A stretch of 64,000 bases of DNA, taken from an uncultured cyanobacterium (GTDB lineage Bacteria; Cyanobacteriota; Cyanobacteriia; Cyanobacteriales; Nostocaceae). A model generated the notes under the pieces. The model worked only from the letters and a program-made list of their open reading frames with translations. It made no database searches and was not told where the DNA came from. The position numbers were made by a program, and so were the translations under genes. The number at the start of each line of letters is the position of its first letter. Within the stretch, counting starts at the first letter, position 1. Location of the stretch: positions 3,072,001 to 3,136,000 of the forward strand of contig CAVUDP010000002.1 in NCBI GenBank assembly GCA_963740315.1, given 5' to 3'. This document shows positions 31,779 to 42,306 of this stretch, piece after piece.

Positions 31779-33329
31779 ATGTCTCGCTGGTTTAATATTG
31801 CTGGTCCTTGTAAAGCAGAAAAACACTATATGCTACCACCCACAAGTCGGCTACCTGACTTGTCTATGTTAATAGAGCAAGAAAGTTATTTTGTCGTTCA
31901 CGCACCTCGTCAAACAGGTAAAACAACGGCAATGCTAGCCCTAGCCCAACAGCTAACCGAAAGTGAACGTTACGGGGCGGTGATGGTATCGGTAGAAGTG
32001 GGAAGCGCCTTTAATAATGACCCAGGTGCGGCAGAATTGGCAATTTTGGGAACTTGCCGCGATACAACTGAGGATTATTTACCTTCAGAACTACAGCCTC
32101 CAGATTGGGTTTATAATGCTCCCGGACAGAGAATTAAGGAAAATTTAAGAGCTTGGTCGCGAGCAATCAATCGTCCGTTAGTGTTATTTATCGATGAAAT
32201 AGATTCTTTACAAGATGAAACCTTAATTTCGGTGTTGCGACAATTACGAGATGGTTATCGCAGTCGTCCGAAAAACTTTCCTTCATCTGTGGGTTTAATT
32301 GGTTTACGAGATGTGCGGGATTATAAGGTTGCATCCGGTGGAAGCGAGAGATTAAACACAGCAAGTCCTTTTAATATTAAAGTCAGTTCTATTACTTTAA
32401 GAAATTTTAATGCTGAGGAAGTAGCAGAATTATACCAACAACATACTGAAGATACAGGACAACTTTTTACACCCGAAGCAGCCGCAATAGCATTTGATTT
32501 AACGATCGGACAACCTTGGTTAGTAAATGCATTAGCCAAAGAAGTTGTAGAAAAAATGGTTAAGAATAGAAGTGTTGCTATTACCAAAGAGCATATTTTA
32601 CAAGCCAAGGAAATACTAATTTCTCGCCGAGATACCCATCTTGATAGTTTAGCCGAACGCTTACGGGAACCAAGAATAAAAGCGATTATCCAACCAATGT
32701 TGGCAGGTTTGGAATTAGGGGATATACCAAACGACGATATTCAATTCGTGATTGATTTGGGTTTGTGTAAAATGCATCCCCAAGGTGGACTAACTATTGC
32801 CAATCCAATTTATCGTGAGGTTTTGCCCAGAGTCTTAACGGTGACACCAATGGCTTCACTACCAATGATTGCACCAACTTGGTTAACTCAGTCAGGGGAA
32901 TTAAATAAAGACGCTTTGCTCGAAGCTTTTATCAGGTTTTGGCGACAGCACGGAGAACCATTGTTAGGTAGCACTGGATACCATGAAATCGCACCCCATT
33001 TAGTATTAATGGCTTTCTTGCATCGCGTTGTTAATGGTGGCGGAACTTTAGAACGCGAATATGCAATCGGTAGTGACAGAATGGATTTATGTTTGAGATA
33101 TGGAAGCGTTACGTTAGGAATAGAATTAAAAGTATGGCGTGAAAAAAAACGCGACCCCCAAACTGAAGGGATTGAGCAATTAGAATCATATTTAGCACGC
33201 TTGGGATTATTGAGCGGTTGGTTACTTGTGTTCGATCGGCGTAAAAATGCATTACTAATTGAAGAACGTTTATCAACGCAGGTTGTTGTGACCCAAAATC
33301 AACGTTCTATTACCGTTATCCGTGCGTAG
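31779..33329 (+). CDS. AAA-like ATPase with C-terminal PD-(D/E)XK-type domain
   Basis: APRQTGKT Walker A, LFIDEID Walker B, C-terminal REYAIGSDRMDL..IELK. Confidence 0.85.
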   Translation: MSRWFNIAGPCKAEKHYMLPPTSRLPDLSMLIEQESYFVVHAPRQTGKTTAMLALAQQLTESERYGAVMVSVEVGSAFNNDPGAAELAILGTCRDTTEDYLPSELQPPDWVYNAPGQRIKENLRAWSRAINRPLVLFIDEIDSLQDETLISVLRQLRDGYRSRPKNFPSSVGLIGLRDVRDYKVASGGSERLNTASPFNIKVSSITLRNFNAEEVAELYQQHTEDTGQLFTPEAAAIAFDLTIGQPWLVNALAKEVVEKMVKNRSVAITKEHILQAKEILISRRDTHLDSLAERLREPRIKAIIQPMLAGLELGDIPNDDIQFVIDLGLCKMHPQGGLTIANPIYREVLPRVLTVTPMASLPMIAPTWLTQSGELNKDALLEAFIRFWRQHGEPLLGSTGYHEIAPHLVLMAFLHRVVNGGGTLEREYAIGSDRMDLCLRYGSVTLGIELKVWREKKRDPQTEGIEQLESYLARLGLLSGWLLVFDRRKNALLIEERLSTQVVVTQNQRSITVIRA

Positions 33330-33403
33330 ATCAAACGGATACACTTATCGCAGATAGTTTAAAATTTGTAAGAAAAGTTTAAAGAAATGGTAATGGAGGA
33401 TTT

Positions 33404-33790
33404 ATGGGATTGGCGCTAGAAATTCTGCAAAAATGGTTCAGCACAGCAGATGCAAATTTATTGGCTGAAGATATTCACTGGAGCGTTTCACCAGGGTATC
33501 CGGTTTCTCAACAAACCTATTCTTCTCGACAAGCCGTATTTGAAAACTTCTTCCCTGAGCTAACTGCACATTTTTCCACTTGGTTAGCCAAGCCAGAACA
33601 ATTTATCGAGGCGGGCGATCGGGTGATCGTCAAAGGTCGCTACGTTGGACAAGTCAAACACTCTAATACCCCTATTGAAGTTGAGTTTATCCACATCTGG
33701 ACAGTCCACGGTGGAGTCATTACGGCAGTCACTTCTGTTGCTGATACCGCTCAGTTTACGCATCATCTCAACCGAGAAAAAATTATCTGA
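33404..33790 (+). CDS. NTF2/SnoaL-like protein
   Basis: LAEDIHW, GDRVIV.G.Y, FIHIWTV, DTA; GGAGG RBS. Confidence 0.8.
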   Translation: MGLALEILQKWFSTADANLLAEDIHWSVSPGYPVSQQTYSSRQAVFENFFPELTAHFSTWLAKPEQFIEAGDRVIVKGRYVGQVKHSNTPIEVEFIHIWTVHGGVITAVTSVADTAQFTHHLNREKII

Positions 33791-33826
33791 GATTGCCAAT
33801 ACCACAACGGTTAGATTATCCCCTTC

Positions 33827-33893
33827 AGAACGTTTGTCAACGCAAATTGTCACTACTAATAATAAACGTTCTATTACCGTTATCCGTGCGTAA
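33827..33893 (+). pseudogene. Relic 3' end of a paralogue of the AAA-ATPase gene
   Basis: ERLSTQIVTTNNKRSITVIRA* versus ERLSTQVVVTQNQRSITVIRA*; 28 identical nt (33301-33328 = 33865-33892). Confidence 0.8.
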
Positions 33894-34134
33894 ATAAAGT
33901 TAAAAGATCGATCGATTAAGCTAAGATTAAAAGCAGGATGATTAATTATTGAAACTACTGCGAAGAAGTTTACAACCAATTAATTCTCCTTCTATTACCT
34001 ACTGAGCGACCGCAATTAGCAACATTTATACTTAATAATCTTGCCAAATAGAACTTATTTTCTATTCTCGGTAAATGCAAACTAAAAAATCAAATATTTG
34101 ATAATAGTTCATTGATAATTGATAATTTTTTAAA

Positions 34135-35091
34135 GTGAATAGTACTCAAAATAACAACTTATCTATTCCTGGAGAAGCATTAATTCCCCAGGCTCCTCCC
34201 GGTTTTAAATCGGGTTTTATCGGTATTATCGGTCGTCCGAATGTCGGTAAATCTACTTTGATGAATCAATTGGTTGGTCAAAAAATAGCGATTACCTCAC
34301 CAGTAGCTCAAACTACGCGGAATCGATTGCGCGGTATTTTAACTACACCAGAAGCACAGTTGATTTTTGTTGATACGCCCGGAATTCACAAACCCCACCA
34401 TCAATTGGGGGAAGTTTTGGTGAGGAATGCTAAAATCGCGATCGAATCTGTGGACGTGCTGCTATTTGTAGTTGACGGCAGTACGGATTGCGGTGGTGGA
34501 GATAAATATATTGCTTCATTACTCGAACGCACCACTACGCCGATAATTTTAGGTATCAACAAAATTGATAATCAGCCAGAAGATTCTCAGTTGATAGACG
34601 AGAGTTACCTTCAGATGGCGCAGCCTGGGGAATGGCAAACGGTAAAATTTTCTGCTAAAACCAGCGATGGGCTGCCCGAAGTACAAAAATTATTAATAGA
34701 ACATTTAGAATCTGGTCCTTATTATTATCCACCCGACTTAGTTACCGATCAACCGGAACGCTTTATTATGGGTGAACTAATTCGAGAACAGATTTTACTA
34801 CTAACTCGCGAAGAAGTTCCCCATTCAGTAGCCATCAGCATCGATTTAGTAGAAGAAACACCGAAACTTACCCGCGTACTTGCCACAATCAACGTCGAAC
34901 GCGATTCCCAAAAAGGTATCCTAATTGGGAAAGGTGGAGCAATGCTCAAATCTATTGGCAGCGCCGCCAGAGAACAAATTCAAAAATTAATTGCAGGTAA
35001 AGTTTACTTAGAATTATTTGTCAAAGTACAAGCAAAATGGCGACATTCCCGCATCCGGTTAGCGGAATTGGGATACAGGGTAGAAGAGTGA
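34135..35091 (+). CDS. era: GTPase Era
   Basis: GRPNVGKS, QTTR, DTPG, NKID, KH domain (GILIGKGG). Confidence 0.97.
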   Translation: MNSTQNNNLSIPGEALIPQAPPGFKSGFIGIIGRPNVGKSTLMNQLVGQKIAITSPVAQTTRNRLRGILTTPEAQLIFVDTPGIHKPHHQLGEVLVRNAKIAIESVDVLLFVVDGSTDCGGGDKYIASLLERTTTPIILGINKIDNQPEDSQLIDESYLQMAQPGEWQTVKFSAKTSDGLPEVQKLLIEHLESGPYYYPPDLVTDQPERFIMGELIREQILLLTREEVPHSVAISIDLVEETPKLTRVLATINVERDSQKGILIGKGGAMLKSIGSAAREQIQKLIAGKVYLELFVKVQAKWRHSRIRLAELGYRVEE

Positions 35092-35195
35092 TGGGGATGG
35101 GGCATGGTAAAAAGGTTAAAGGTCAAAGGTCAAAGGTTAAAGGTTAAAATTACCCTTGTCCCCCCATCTCCCCATCTCCCCATCTCCCCATCTCC

Positions 35196-36869
35196 TTAAT
35201 GCACCACAGTGGGTGTTTCTTCCACCACGGGGCTGCGTAAGTCTTCTACTAAGGCTTGAATTTCTGGTGGTGGTGGTGGTGTTAAACGGGAAACTATTAA
35301 GGTAACTACTAAGTTAATAACCATACCTAATGTTCCGATACCTTCAGCGGAAACACCGAAGAACCATGTCGGCATTCCGGCAAATTTTACGCCGATTATA
35401 TAAGCGGTGGTGAAGATTAAACCAGTTAACATTCCGGCGATCGCACCTTCTCTATTAGTGCGTTTGTCGAATATTCCCAAGAATATCGCGGGGAAGAAGC
35501 TGGCTGCTGCTAATCCAAAGGCGAATGCTACTACTTGCGCTACAAATCCGGGTGGGTTTACGCCAAAGTATCCGGCGACTACTACCGCAAAACCTACCAT
35601 GATTCTACCGACGAATACCCGCCTACTTTCCGATGCGTGGGGGTTGATCATTCGGTAGTAAACGTCGTGGGCGATGGAGCTTGAAATTACCAGCAGTAAT
35701 CCCGATGCTGTAGATAAAGCTGCTGCTAATCCTCCTGCTGCCACTAAAGCGATTACCCAAGGTGCAAGTTTGGCGACTTCTGGGGTGGAAAGTACGATAA
35801 TATCTCGATCGATTACGATTTCGTTGGTTGCTTCATCTGGAGTTAACTGCAACTTTCCATCGCCGTTTTTATCATCAAAAATCAATAATTTGGTGCTTTC
35901 CCATTTGTTTACCCAATCTAGCTGCTCTACTTGGGCAATGGTTTTACCCTGCAATGAATCAATTAAGTTGTAGCGAGCAAACATCGAAAGAGCGGGGGCG
36001 GTGGTATAAAGTATGGCAATTAGCAACAATGCCCAACCCGCAGAATAACGGGCGGCGCGGACGTTAGGAACCGTGTAAAATCTCACGATTACATGAGGTA
36101 AACCAGCGGTACCGACCATCAAGGCGATGGTGATAAATAGCACGTCCAACATTGATTTGTTGACGAATGGCTTGGTATATTCCTCAAAACCCAAATCAAC
36201 CTGAACTGCATTCAACTTATCGGCAATATCGCTGAAGGTGAATGCAAATTGCGGAATCGGATTTCCTGTCAGATAATATGCGATCGCGATCGCAGGGATG
36301 AGATAGGCAACGATCAACACGCAATACTGGGCTACTTGCGTCCAGGTAATGCCTTTCATACCTCCCAACACCGCGAAAAAGCCGACAATTACCATACCGA
36401 TAATTACACCAGTATTGACATCGACTTGTAAAAAGCGGCTGAAAACGATACCCACACCGCGCATTTGTCCGGCGACGTAAGTTAGCGAAATAAAGATAGC
36501 GGCGACTACAGCAACCAATCGAGCGAATTGGGAATAATAGCGATCGCCAACAAAGTCAGGTACGGTATACTTCCCAAATTTTCTTAAGTAGGGGGCTAGA
36601 AGTAACGCCAGCAGTACGTAACCGCCAGTCCACCCGATCAAGTAAATTGAACCGTCGTAACCCAAAAAAGAAATTAACCCCGCCATCGAAATAAACGAAG
36701 CTGCCGACATCCAGTCAGCGGCAGTAGCAGCACCGTTAGCGAGTGCGGGTACACCTTGTCCGGCGACGAAAAAGCCTTTACTATCTTTAACGCGAGACTG
36801 CCAACCGATATAAATGTAAATTAAAAACGAAGCGCCAACAAATAAAATTGTCCAAATTTCTACCGACAT
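35196..36869 (-). CDS. Sodium:solute symporter, ActP/VC_2705-like
   Basis: ATAADWMSAASF, GTAGLPHVIVRFYT; multi-pass hydrophobic. Confidence 0.92.
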   Translation of the reverse strand: MSVEIWTILFVGASFLIYIYIGWQSRVKDSKGFFVAGQGVPALANGAATAADWMSAASFISMAGLISFLGYDGSIYLIGWTGGYVLLALLLAPYLRKFGKYTVPDFVGDRYYSQFARLVAVVAAIFISLTYVAGQMRGVGIVFSRFLQVDVNTGVIIGMVIVGFFAVLGGMKGITWTQVAQYCVLIVAYLIPAIAIAYYLTGNPIPQFAFTFSDIADKLNAVQVDLGFEEYTKPFVNKSMLDVLFITIALMVGTAGLPHVIVRFYTVPNVRAARYSAGWALLLIAILYTTAPALSMFARYNLIDSLQGKTIAQVEQLDWVNKWESTKLLIFDDKNGDGKLQLTPDEATNEIVIDRDIIVLSTPEVAKLAPWVIALVAAGGLAAALSTASGLLLVISSSIAHDVYYRMINPHASESRRVFVGRIMVGFAVVVAGYFGVNPPGFVAQVVAFAFGLAAASFFPAIFLGIFDKRTNREGAIAGMLTGLIFTTAYIIGVKFAGMPTWFFGVSAEGIGTLGMVINLVVTLIVSRLTPPPPPEIQALVEDLRSPVVEETPTVVH

Positions 36870-36875
36870 TTTTCC

Positions 36876-37130
36876 CTACCTCTTAATATTATGTTTGCGG
36901 TCTAATTTATCCATCTGCACCGCGTAAATAAAAATCAACGCTACAAATATCAGGATTGAACCCTGCTGCGCCATCCAAAAGCCGAAGGGTACGCCGAAAA
37001 AACGGATTGTATTTAGAGGTTCAACCAGCAGAATACTAAATACTAGGGAGACTATTGCCCAAACTATTAAAAGGTTGCGAATTAAAGCTACATTTTTCCG
37101 CCAGTAAGCGCGTTGGTTTTCGTTATTCAT
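36876..37130 (-). CDS. DUF4212 small membrane protein (symporter small subunit)
   Basis: YWR.N, G.PFGFWMAQQGS; directly upstream of the symporter. Confidence 0.88.
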   Translation of the reverse strand: MNNENQRAYWRKNVALIRNLLIVWAIVSLVFSILLVEPLNTIRFFGVPFGFWMAQQGSILIFVALIFIYAVQMDKLDRKHNIKR

Positions 37131-38041
37131 TATTTTTCATCATTAAGGCATGAGAAATAATAACAGCAAAGTGGGTTTATATAAAAAGTGCGTGACGATA
37201 CCAACAGTATTTTTAACTATTGTTAAAGGTTTCGCAAAGCTTTCTACTATTCTCTTAATGGTTCCAATTACAGAGAACTTATGCACCTGCATCGCAGAAA
37301 TCAGTAAAGTATAAAGCGGAAAACCTCACCGTTCCGCCTCTTTTTGCTTTTACTAAGGAGAGGGGTGCTTTTATGCAAGGTGAGGTTTATTTATATTTAT
37401 TACCAAGTAATAACTCAAAATTAACGGCAATAAGCTTTATTCGCGATCGCTTAAAACCAAACATCCAGACGAACAAAAAATTATGGATAACCGATAACTG
37501 TAAAAAATCAACTATCTATTACCCATTACCTACCATTAGATTAACAAATAGAATAAATTAATTTAATGAGATAATTTAGAAGATATCCGCAAATTTCACG
37601 TGATTTTCATCTATACATCCATATTTCTCCATAATCTATCGTAACTTCATCTTCATGGTTTGTTATTTTAACCATTAAACTGTAGCTAATATAACTTGCT
37701 TAAAAAATAATAATGTTTTTACCCATTATTAATTTAATTAGGTTATTCTGGAATGACCTTAAATCAAGCAGTCTCAAAGAATGCATAAGGAGGATCGTAC
37801 TATCGAAAGATGTAAGTCACGTTGATTCGATGGTTTTTATATCTAAAGCCAGATGAAAACTTGCTCCCAAACGAAAGATAATCACAAAACAGATAAACAA
37901 GTTTGTCTTGCAAAAAAGAGGCAAAAAATATATATGACTCTATTTCTATAAGCTTTTATTAGTTAAATAGGTGAATCTTAGTGACGATTAGATAGCACCA
38001 TCTCAACAAAAATATTAAAAACAAGAGGTTTAAGAATCAAA

Positions 38042-38227
38042 ATGCTAACAATACAAAAAGTTTGTTGTCCCAACTGCGGTACTAAATGTGAAAGACATCA
38101 TATTTGTGAAAGCCAAATATGTCGCACTAGCTGTGCAAGTTGCGATTATTTAATGATTAACTGTACCCGCACCGGGAAAGTGATTGAAGCTTATGCTCCC
38201 GGAATTTACGCCACCGCACGTAAATAG
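38042..38227 (+). CDS. Small zinc-ribbon protein
   Basis: 61 aa; CPNC...CASC; GAGG RBS; C-terminal VIEAYAPG. Confidence 0.75.
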   Translation: MLTIQKVCCPNCGTKCERHHICESQICRTSCASCDYLMINCTRTGKVIEAYAPGIYATARK

Positions 38228-38229
38228 AA

Positions 38230-38413
38230 AAAGGGCATGGGGAATTGGGCATGGTAAAAAGGTCAAAGGTCTGCATGTTAAAGGTGTAATAACTCCTTCC
38301 CCCTCTCTCCCCATCTCCCCATCTCCCCATCCCCCCATCTCCCCCGAACCCCCTCTCTCCCCATCTCCCCATCTCCCCATCCCCCCATCTCCCCCGAACC
38401 CCCGAACCCCATC
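38230..38413. repeat. Composite STRR array
   Basis: gggcatg, aaggtc, ccccatct and cccccgaa units. Confidence 0.88.
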
Positions 38414-39535
38414 TTAATTCTTACTCGCTCGCAACTGTCCGCAGGCTGCGTCTGCTTCTAAACCACGGGAGTAGCGGACGCTGTGAGCGATATGGTGTTT
38501 TTCTAAAGCCTGTACGAAAGCTTGAATGCGATCGTAAGTTGGACGTTGGTAATCTACTTCTGCGATCGGATTGTAGGGTATTAAATTTACATGACTTTGA
38601 AATCCGCGTAGTTGCCTTGATAGTTGATGTGCGTGTTCTGGAAGATCGTTTACACCAGCAAGAAGTACATATTCAAAAGATACACGCCGTCCGGTCATTT
38701 CTACATAGTCGCGACATTCAGCAAGTAACTCATCAATCTGGTATTTATGAGCGCTGGGAATAAGTTGTTCTCGCAACTGTTGATTTGGTGCGTGAAGACT
38801 AACTGCAAGTGTTATTTGTAAGCGATGTTTTGCCAGGTGACGAATGCGTCCGGGAATACCTACGGTAGATAAAGTTAAGTTACGCTGTCCGATTCCCACA
38901 TCTTTATTAAGGCATTGAATAGCGCTCAAAGTATTATCTACATTTAATAACGGTTCGCCCATACCCATCAATACGATATGACTAACTCGTTGTCCAAATT
39001 CTTCTTGAACGGTTAAAACTTGGTCAACAATTTCGCTACGAGTCAGATTTCGCTTGAAACCACCTTTACCAGTAGCGCAGAAATCGCAAGCCATCGGACA
39101 ACCAACTTGAGTAGAAACGCAAACCGTCAAACGTTCTAAATCTTCGGAATTATCTGCTTGCCTATTCTTTTTTCCCCATTTTTTAAAAGTTGGCATCCCA
39201 ACGGTTTCTATAATTTCTCCATCTGCCAATTCCAAAAGATATTTTACCGTACCGTCAGGAGCAGTAGAGCGATCGCGTAAAGTAGAACGTCCTACAGGAA
39301 TTTCTGCAACAGATTCACGCCATTGTTTGGAAAACACAGTAATATCAGTCAAAGAACGAACGCCCTTTTGATATATCCACTGATGCAGTTGTTTTCCTCT
39401 ATAAGCTGGCTGTTCTTGCTGCTGTACCCAATCAGTTAATTCTTCCAAAGATGCTCCTAATAAAGGAGGAATAGAGATTTTTGCGTACTGAGGAACGGGA
39501 GGTTTAGCAGAAGAAACTACAGATTTAACAGACAT
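38414..39535 (-). CDS. rlmN: 23S rRNA m2A2503 methyltransferase RlmN
   Basis: [34 protein letters not shown]. Confidence 0.96.
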   Translation of the reverse strand: MSVKSVVSSAKPPVPQYAKISIPPLLGASLEELTDWVQQQEQPAYRGKQLHQWIYQKGVRSLTDITVFSKQWRESVAEIPVGRSTLRDRSTAPDGTVKYLLELADGEIIETVGMPTFKKWGKKNRQADNSEDLERLTVCVSTQVGCPMACDFCATGKGGFKRNLTRSEIVDQVLTVQEEFGQRVSHIVLMGMGEPLLNVDNTLSAIQCLNKDVGIGQRNLTLSTVGIPGRIRHLAKHRLQITLAVSLHAPNQQLREQLIPSAHKYQIDELLAECRDYVEMTGRRVSFEYVLLAGVNDLPEHAHQLSRQLRGFQSHVNLIPYNPIAEVDYQRPTYDRIQAFVQALEKHHIAHSVRYSRGLEADAACGQLRASKN

Positions 39536-39539
39536 GGTG

Positions 39540-39821
39540 GAACCGCGATTATTAAGAAGGCATGAATCTTTATGGTAGATTATAGTTCGTTTTTATTGCC
39601 GGGGAAATATAGATACTGGTTCGTAGTAAGAACTTTACTTCAATCTTTAAGCGATAAATCACTTACTACAAACTAGATATAGTGAAACTGCGATTATTAA
39701 GAAGACAGTGAATCTTTATCGTAGATTACTTAACGTTTTTATTGCCGGGAAAGTATAGATAATAGTTCGTAGTCAGAACAATAGTTCTTTGTTAAGCGAT
39801 AAATCGCTTACTACAAACTAG
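39540..39821. repeat. Imperfect direct duplication (about 140 bp x 2) upstream of rlmN
   Basis: gcgattattaagaag...gaatctttat.gtagatta...ttttattgccggg...taagcgataaatc.cttactacaaactag occurs twice. Confidence 0.85.
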
Positions 39822-39863
39822 GAAGAGACGTAGCACTGCTACGTCTCTACATTAGGATGTGAA

Positions 39864-40217
39864 TTAACCAAATGTACTGCCGTTCCAACCCCACATTGCA
39901 CCTTTCGCATCCGCAAATTCGATATAAATGCGGTTTGTGGGAATACCAAGGGCTTGATTAATTTCTTGGCAAAAGTCCTGACTCATGGATTTTGTTTGTT
40001 CGGGTTTCATAGTACCAACGCTTTTGATTTCTATGTAACAAACCGGGTCAGTACTACCACCAAAAGTCATGGGAACTTCTGCCTCAAAAGCCGTCATCAC
40101 GTAGGATTCGGGTTTCCCGGTATGCTTCGCTAACTTAGACGACAACGTTTTCAGCATTCCCTCAACTTCAGCTTTTTCAGGAGTAGATATAGAACTTTGG
40201 ACTTTGATTAAAGGCAT
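39864..40217 (-). CDS. MIF/phenylpyruvate tautomerase family protein
   Basis: N-terminal Pro (MPLIKV), GKPESYVM, RIYIEF, WGWNGSTF. Confidence 0.9.
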   Translation of the reverse strand: MPLIKVQSSISTPEKAEVEGMLKTLSSKLAKHTGKPESYVMTAFEAEVPMTFGGSTDPVCYIEIKSVGTMKPEQTKSMSQDFCQEINQALGIPTNRIYIEFADAKGAMWGWNGSTFG

Positions 40218-40359
40218 GATTATCAATGAACAGTGAACAGTGAACAGTGAACAGTTACCAGTTATCAATAACTTCCTAACTCATAACTCATCACTCCTAA
40301 CTCAATACTCCTAATTCAATACTCCTAACAGACTATTCTGTGCTACGTCTTTACAACAT

Positions 40360-40842
40360 TTACCCGCCGTAATTCCAGCTTGTTGTTTCGAGTAGTAGTT
40401 GTTTGCCTTCGCGGTGAATTCCAGCAGCGATGACTTCGCCGACGTAAACGGTATGATCGCCTTTATCTACATTACCGACAACTTTACATTCGATATATCC
40501 CAAGGAATCAGTGATAATTGGACATCCGGTTTCTTTGCCAAGCTGAAATTCGACATCTTCAAATTTATTCCCAACGCGGCGCATGGGTTTAAAGAATTTT
40601 TCTGCTAAATCTTTTTGTCCATCTTCCAAGAAACTGATCGCGAATACCCCACTTTTTTCAATCATCTGATGGGATATAGAATCACCTTTGACGCAATTCA
40701 CAACCAAAGGCGGCTTAAACGAAGCCTGCATCAACCAGCTAGCAGTAAAACCGTTAACTTCTTCGCCATCCTTAACCCCACAGATATATAAACCGTGAGG
40801 AATCTTCCGCAACATCGTTTTTTTAGCTTGTTCGTCTAACAT
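40360..40842 (-). CDS. Flavin reductase family protein
   Basis: NGFTASW, SFKPPLV, GDHTVYVGEV. Confidence 0.9.
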   Translation of the reverse strand: MLDEQAKKTMLRKIPHGLYICGVKDGEEVNGFTASWLMQASFKPPLVVNCVKGDSISHQMIEKSGVFAISFLEDGQKDLAEKFFKPMRRVGNKFEDVEFQLGKETGCPIITDSLGYIECKVVGNVDKGDHTVYVGEVIAAGIHREGKQLLLETTSWNYGG

Positions 40843-40869
40843 GAGTTTATTTACTTATTATTTCTCTAT

Positions 40870-41175
40870 TCAGTTTATCGAAGAGTGGGCAGTAGGGAGT
40901 AGGGAGTAGGGAGTAGGAAGTAGAGAGTAGGAAGTTAGGAGTATTGAGTTAGGAGTATTGAGTTAAAAGTTATTTCTAAATTGTCTCCCCATCTCCCCAT
41001 CTCCCCAAAGGTTACTGAGCAGTTCGACGTAGCTCACTGTAAGACTTGTCGAAGTACTCCCCATCTCCCCATCTCCCCATCTCCCCATCTCCCCAAAGGT
41101 TACTGAGCAGTTCGACGTAGCTCACTGTAAGACTTGTCGAAGTACTCCCCATCTCCCCATCTCCCCATCTCCCCC
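40870..41175. repeat. STRR arrays with two identical embedded 50-bp palindromic elements (41007-41056, 41095-41144)
   Basis: aaaggttactgagcagttcgacgtagctcactgtaagacttgtcgaagta x2 within ccccatct arrays. Confidence 0.88.
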
Positions 41176-41979
41176 TTACTTCGGACGGAACAAGTGCGAA
41201 TGCTCTGGGTGATACAATCGCGATCGCGCTGAAGATCCACCAAGGGCGGGGCTGATTATATAAAGTGTGGTGCGAATTAGTTTTTCTTTGTGGGTATGTT
41301 CTGCTATTTCGCTCAGAGGAACTACGAAAATTTTTTCATCGTGCCAGCCGACGCGAAAGCAGATTGCGACAGGGGTTTCGGGGGGATAATGTTCTAATAG
41401 TTTTGCTTGGGAATCTTCAACGTGACGGGCGCTCAAATACAGGCAAAGACTGGCTTGATGTGCTGCTAATGATGCTAATTCTTCTGTGGGGGGTACTTGC
41501 GTGCGTCCGCTGATACGGGTAAGTATAATAGTTTGCACTAAACCCGGTACCGTAAGTTCTACATTTAATTTAGCGGCGGCGGCTTGAAAAGCGCTGATAC
41601 CGGGAATTACTTCAAATGGAACCTCGGCTCTTTCAAGTAGCTGTATTTGTTCGTGGATGGCGCTGTAAAGACTTGGATCTCCCGAATGCAAACGCACAAC
41701 TGATTTGCGATCGCGCACGATATCCACCATCATTGGCACAATTTCTTCCAGCGTTTTAGAAGCCGTGCGAATGATTTGGGCATCTTCCCGACAAAATTCT
41801 AATATTTCTGGGGGGACTAAAGAGTCGGCAAATAAAATTACATCGGCTCTTTCAAGTAGCTTTTGCGCTCTAATCGTTAATAGATCGGGATCGCCCGGAC
41901 CTGCACCCACAATATAAACTGCCGGTTTTAACTTAAGAACAGAATTTTCTTCACACAAAGTATTAGTATTTTCACGCAT
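41176..41979 (-). CDS. cobM: Precorrin-4 C11-methyltransferase
   Basis: VGAGPGDPDLLT, VRLHSGDPS, ELTVPGLVQTIILTR, SRLY. Confidence 0.93.
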   Translation of the reverse strand: MRENTNTLCEENSVLKLKPAVYIVGAGPGDPDLLTIRAQKLLERADVILFADSLVPPEILEFCREDAQIIRTASKTLEEIVPMMVDIVRDRKSVVRLHSGDPSLYSAIHEQIQLLERAEVPFEVIPGISAFQAAAAKLNVELTVPGLVQTIILTRISGRTQVPPTEELASLAAHQASLCLYLSARHVEDSQAKLLEHYPPETPVAICFRVGWHDEKIFVVPLSEIAEHTHKEKLIRTTLYIISPALGGSSARSRLYHPEHSHLFRPK

Positions 41980-42037
41980 AAAAACAACAGTCAACGCTTC
42001 CTCTTGAAAAACTTTTTAGGAAATATCACGGTATCTT

Positions 42038-42043
42038 TCCGGA
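42038..42043 (+). promoter_or_regulatory. DIF1 motif (TCCGGA), heterocyst-specific promoter -35 element
   Basis: TCCGGA about 30-35 nt upstream of the putative sRNA start. Confidence 0.6.
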
Positions 42044-42071
42044 TTCAACCCCTATATATAGAAATATTGAT

Positions 42072-42122
42072 TGGTAGATGCACCCTGGTTAAGCCCTAGA
42101 GAAAACTCTGGGGCATTTTTTA
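42072..42122 (+). ncRNA. nsiR1: NsiR1-like small RNA, solitary copy
   Basis: tggtagatgcaccctg core recalled from NsiR1, TCCGGA upstream, and + strand terminator gccctagag/ctctggggc-tttttt although both neighbours are on the minus strand. Confidence 0.65.
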
Positions 42123-42306
42123 TTTTTGGTAATTGGGCATTGGGCATAGTTGAGAGTTAGGAGTATTGAGTTAGGAGTATTGAGTTAGGAGTATTGAGTG
42201 AGTAGCAAGTAGCAAGTAGCGAGTTAAGAACTAATTTCTCCTTGTCTCCCCCGAACCCCATCTCCCCCGAACCCCATCACCCCATCACCCCATCCCCCCA
42301 TCACCC

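Noticed and set aside
33263..33893. DGR template/variable repeat pair
   Set aside because: Mismatches are not confined to adenines (for example gtt/gtc, acc/act) and no reverse transcriptase is present
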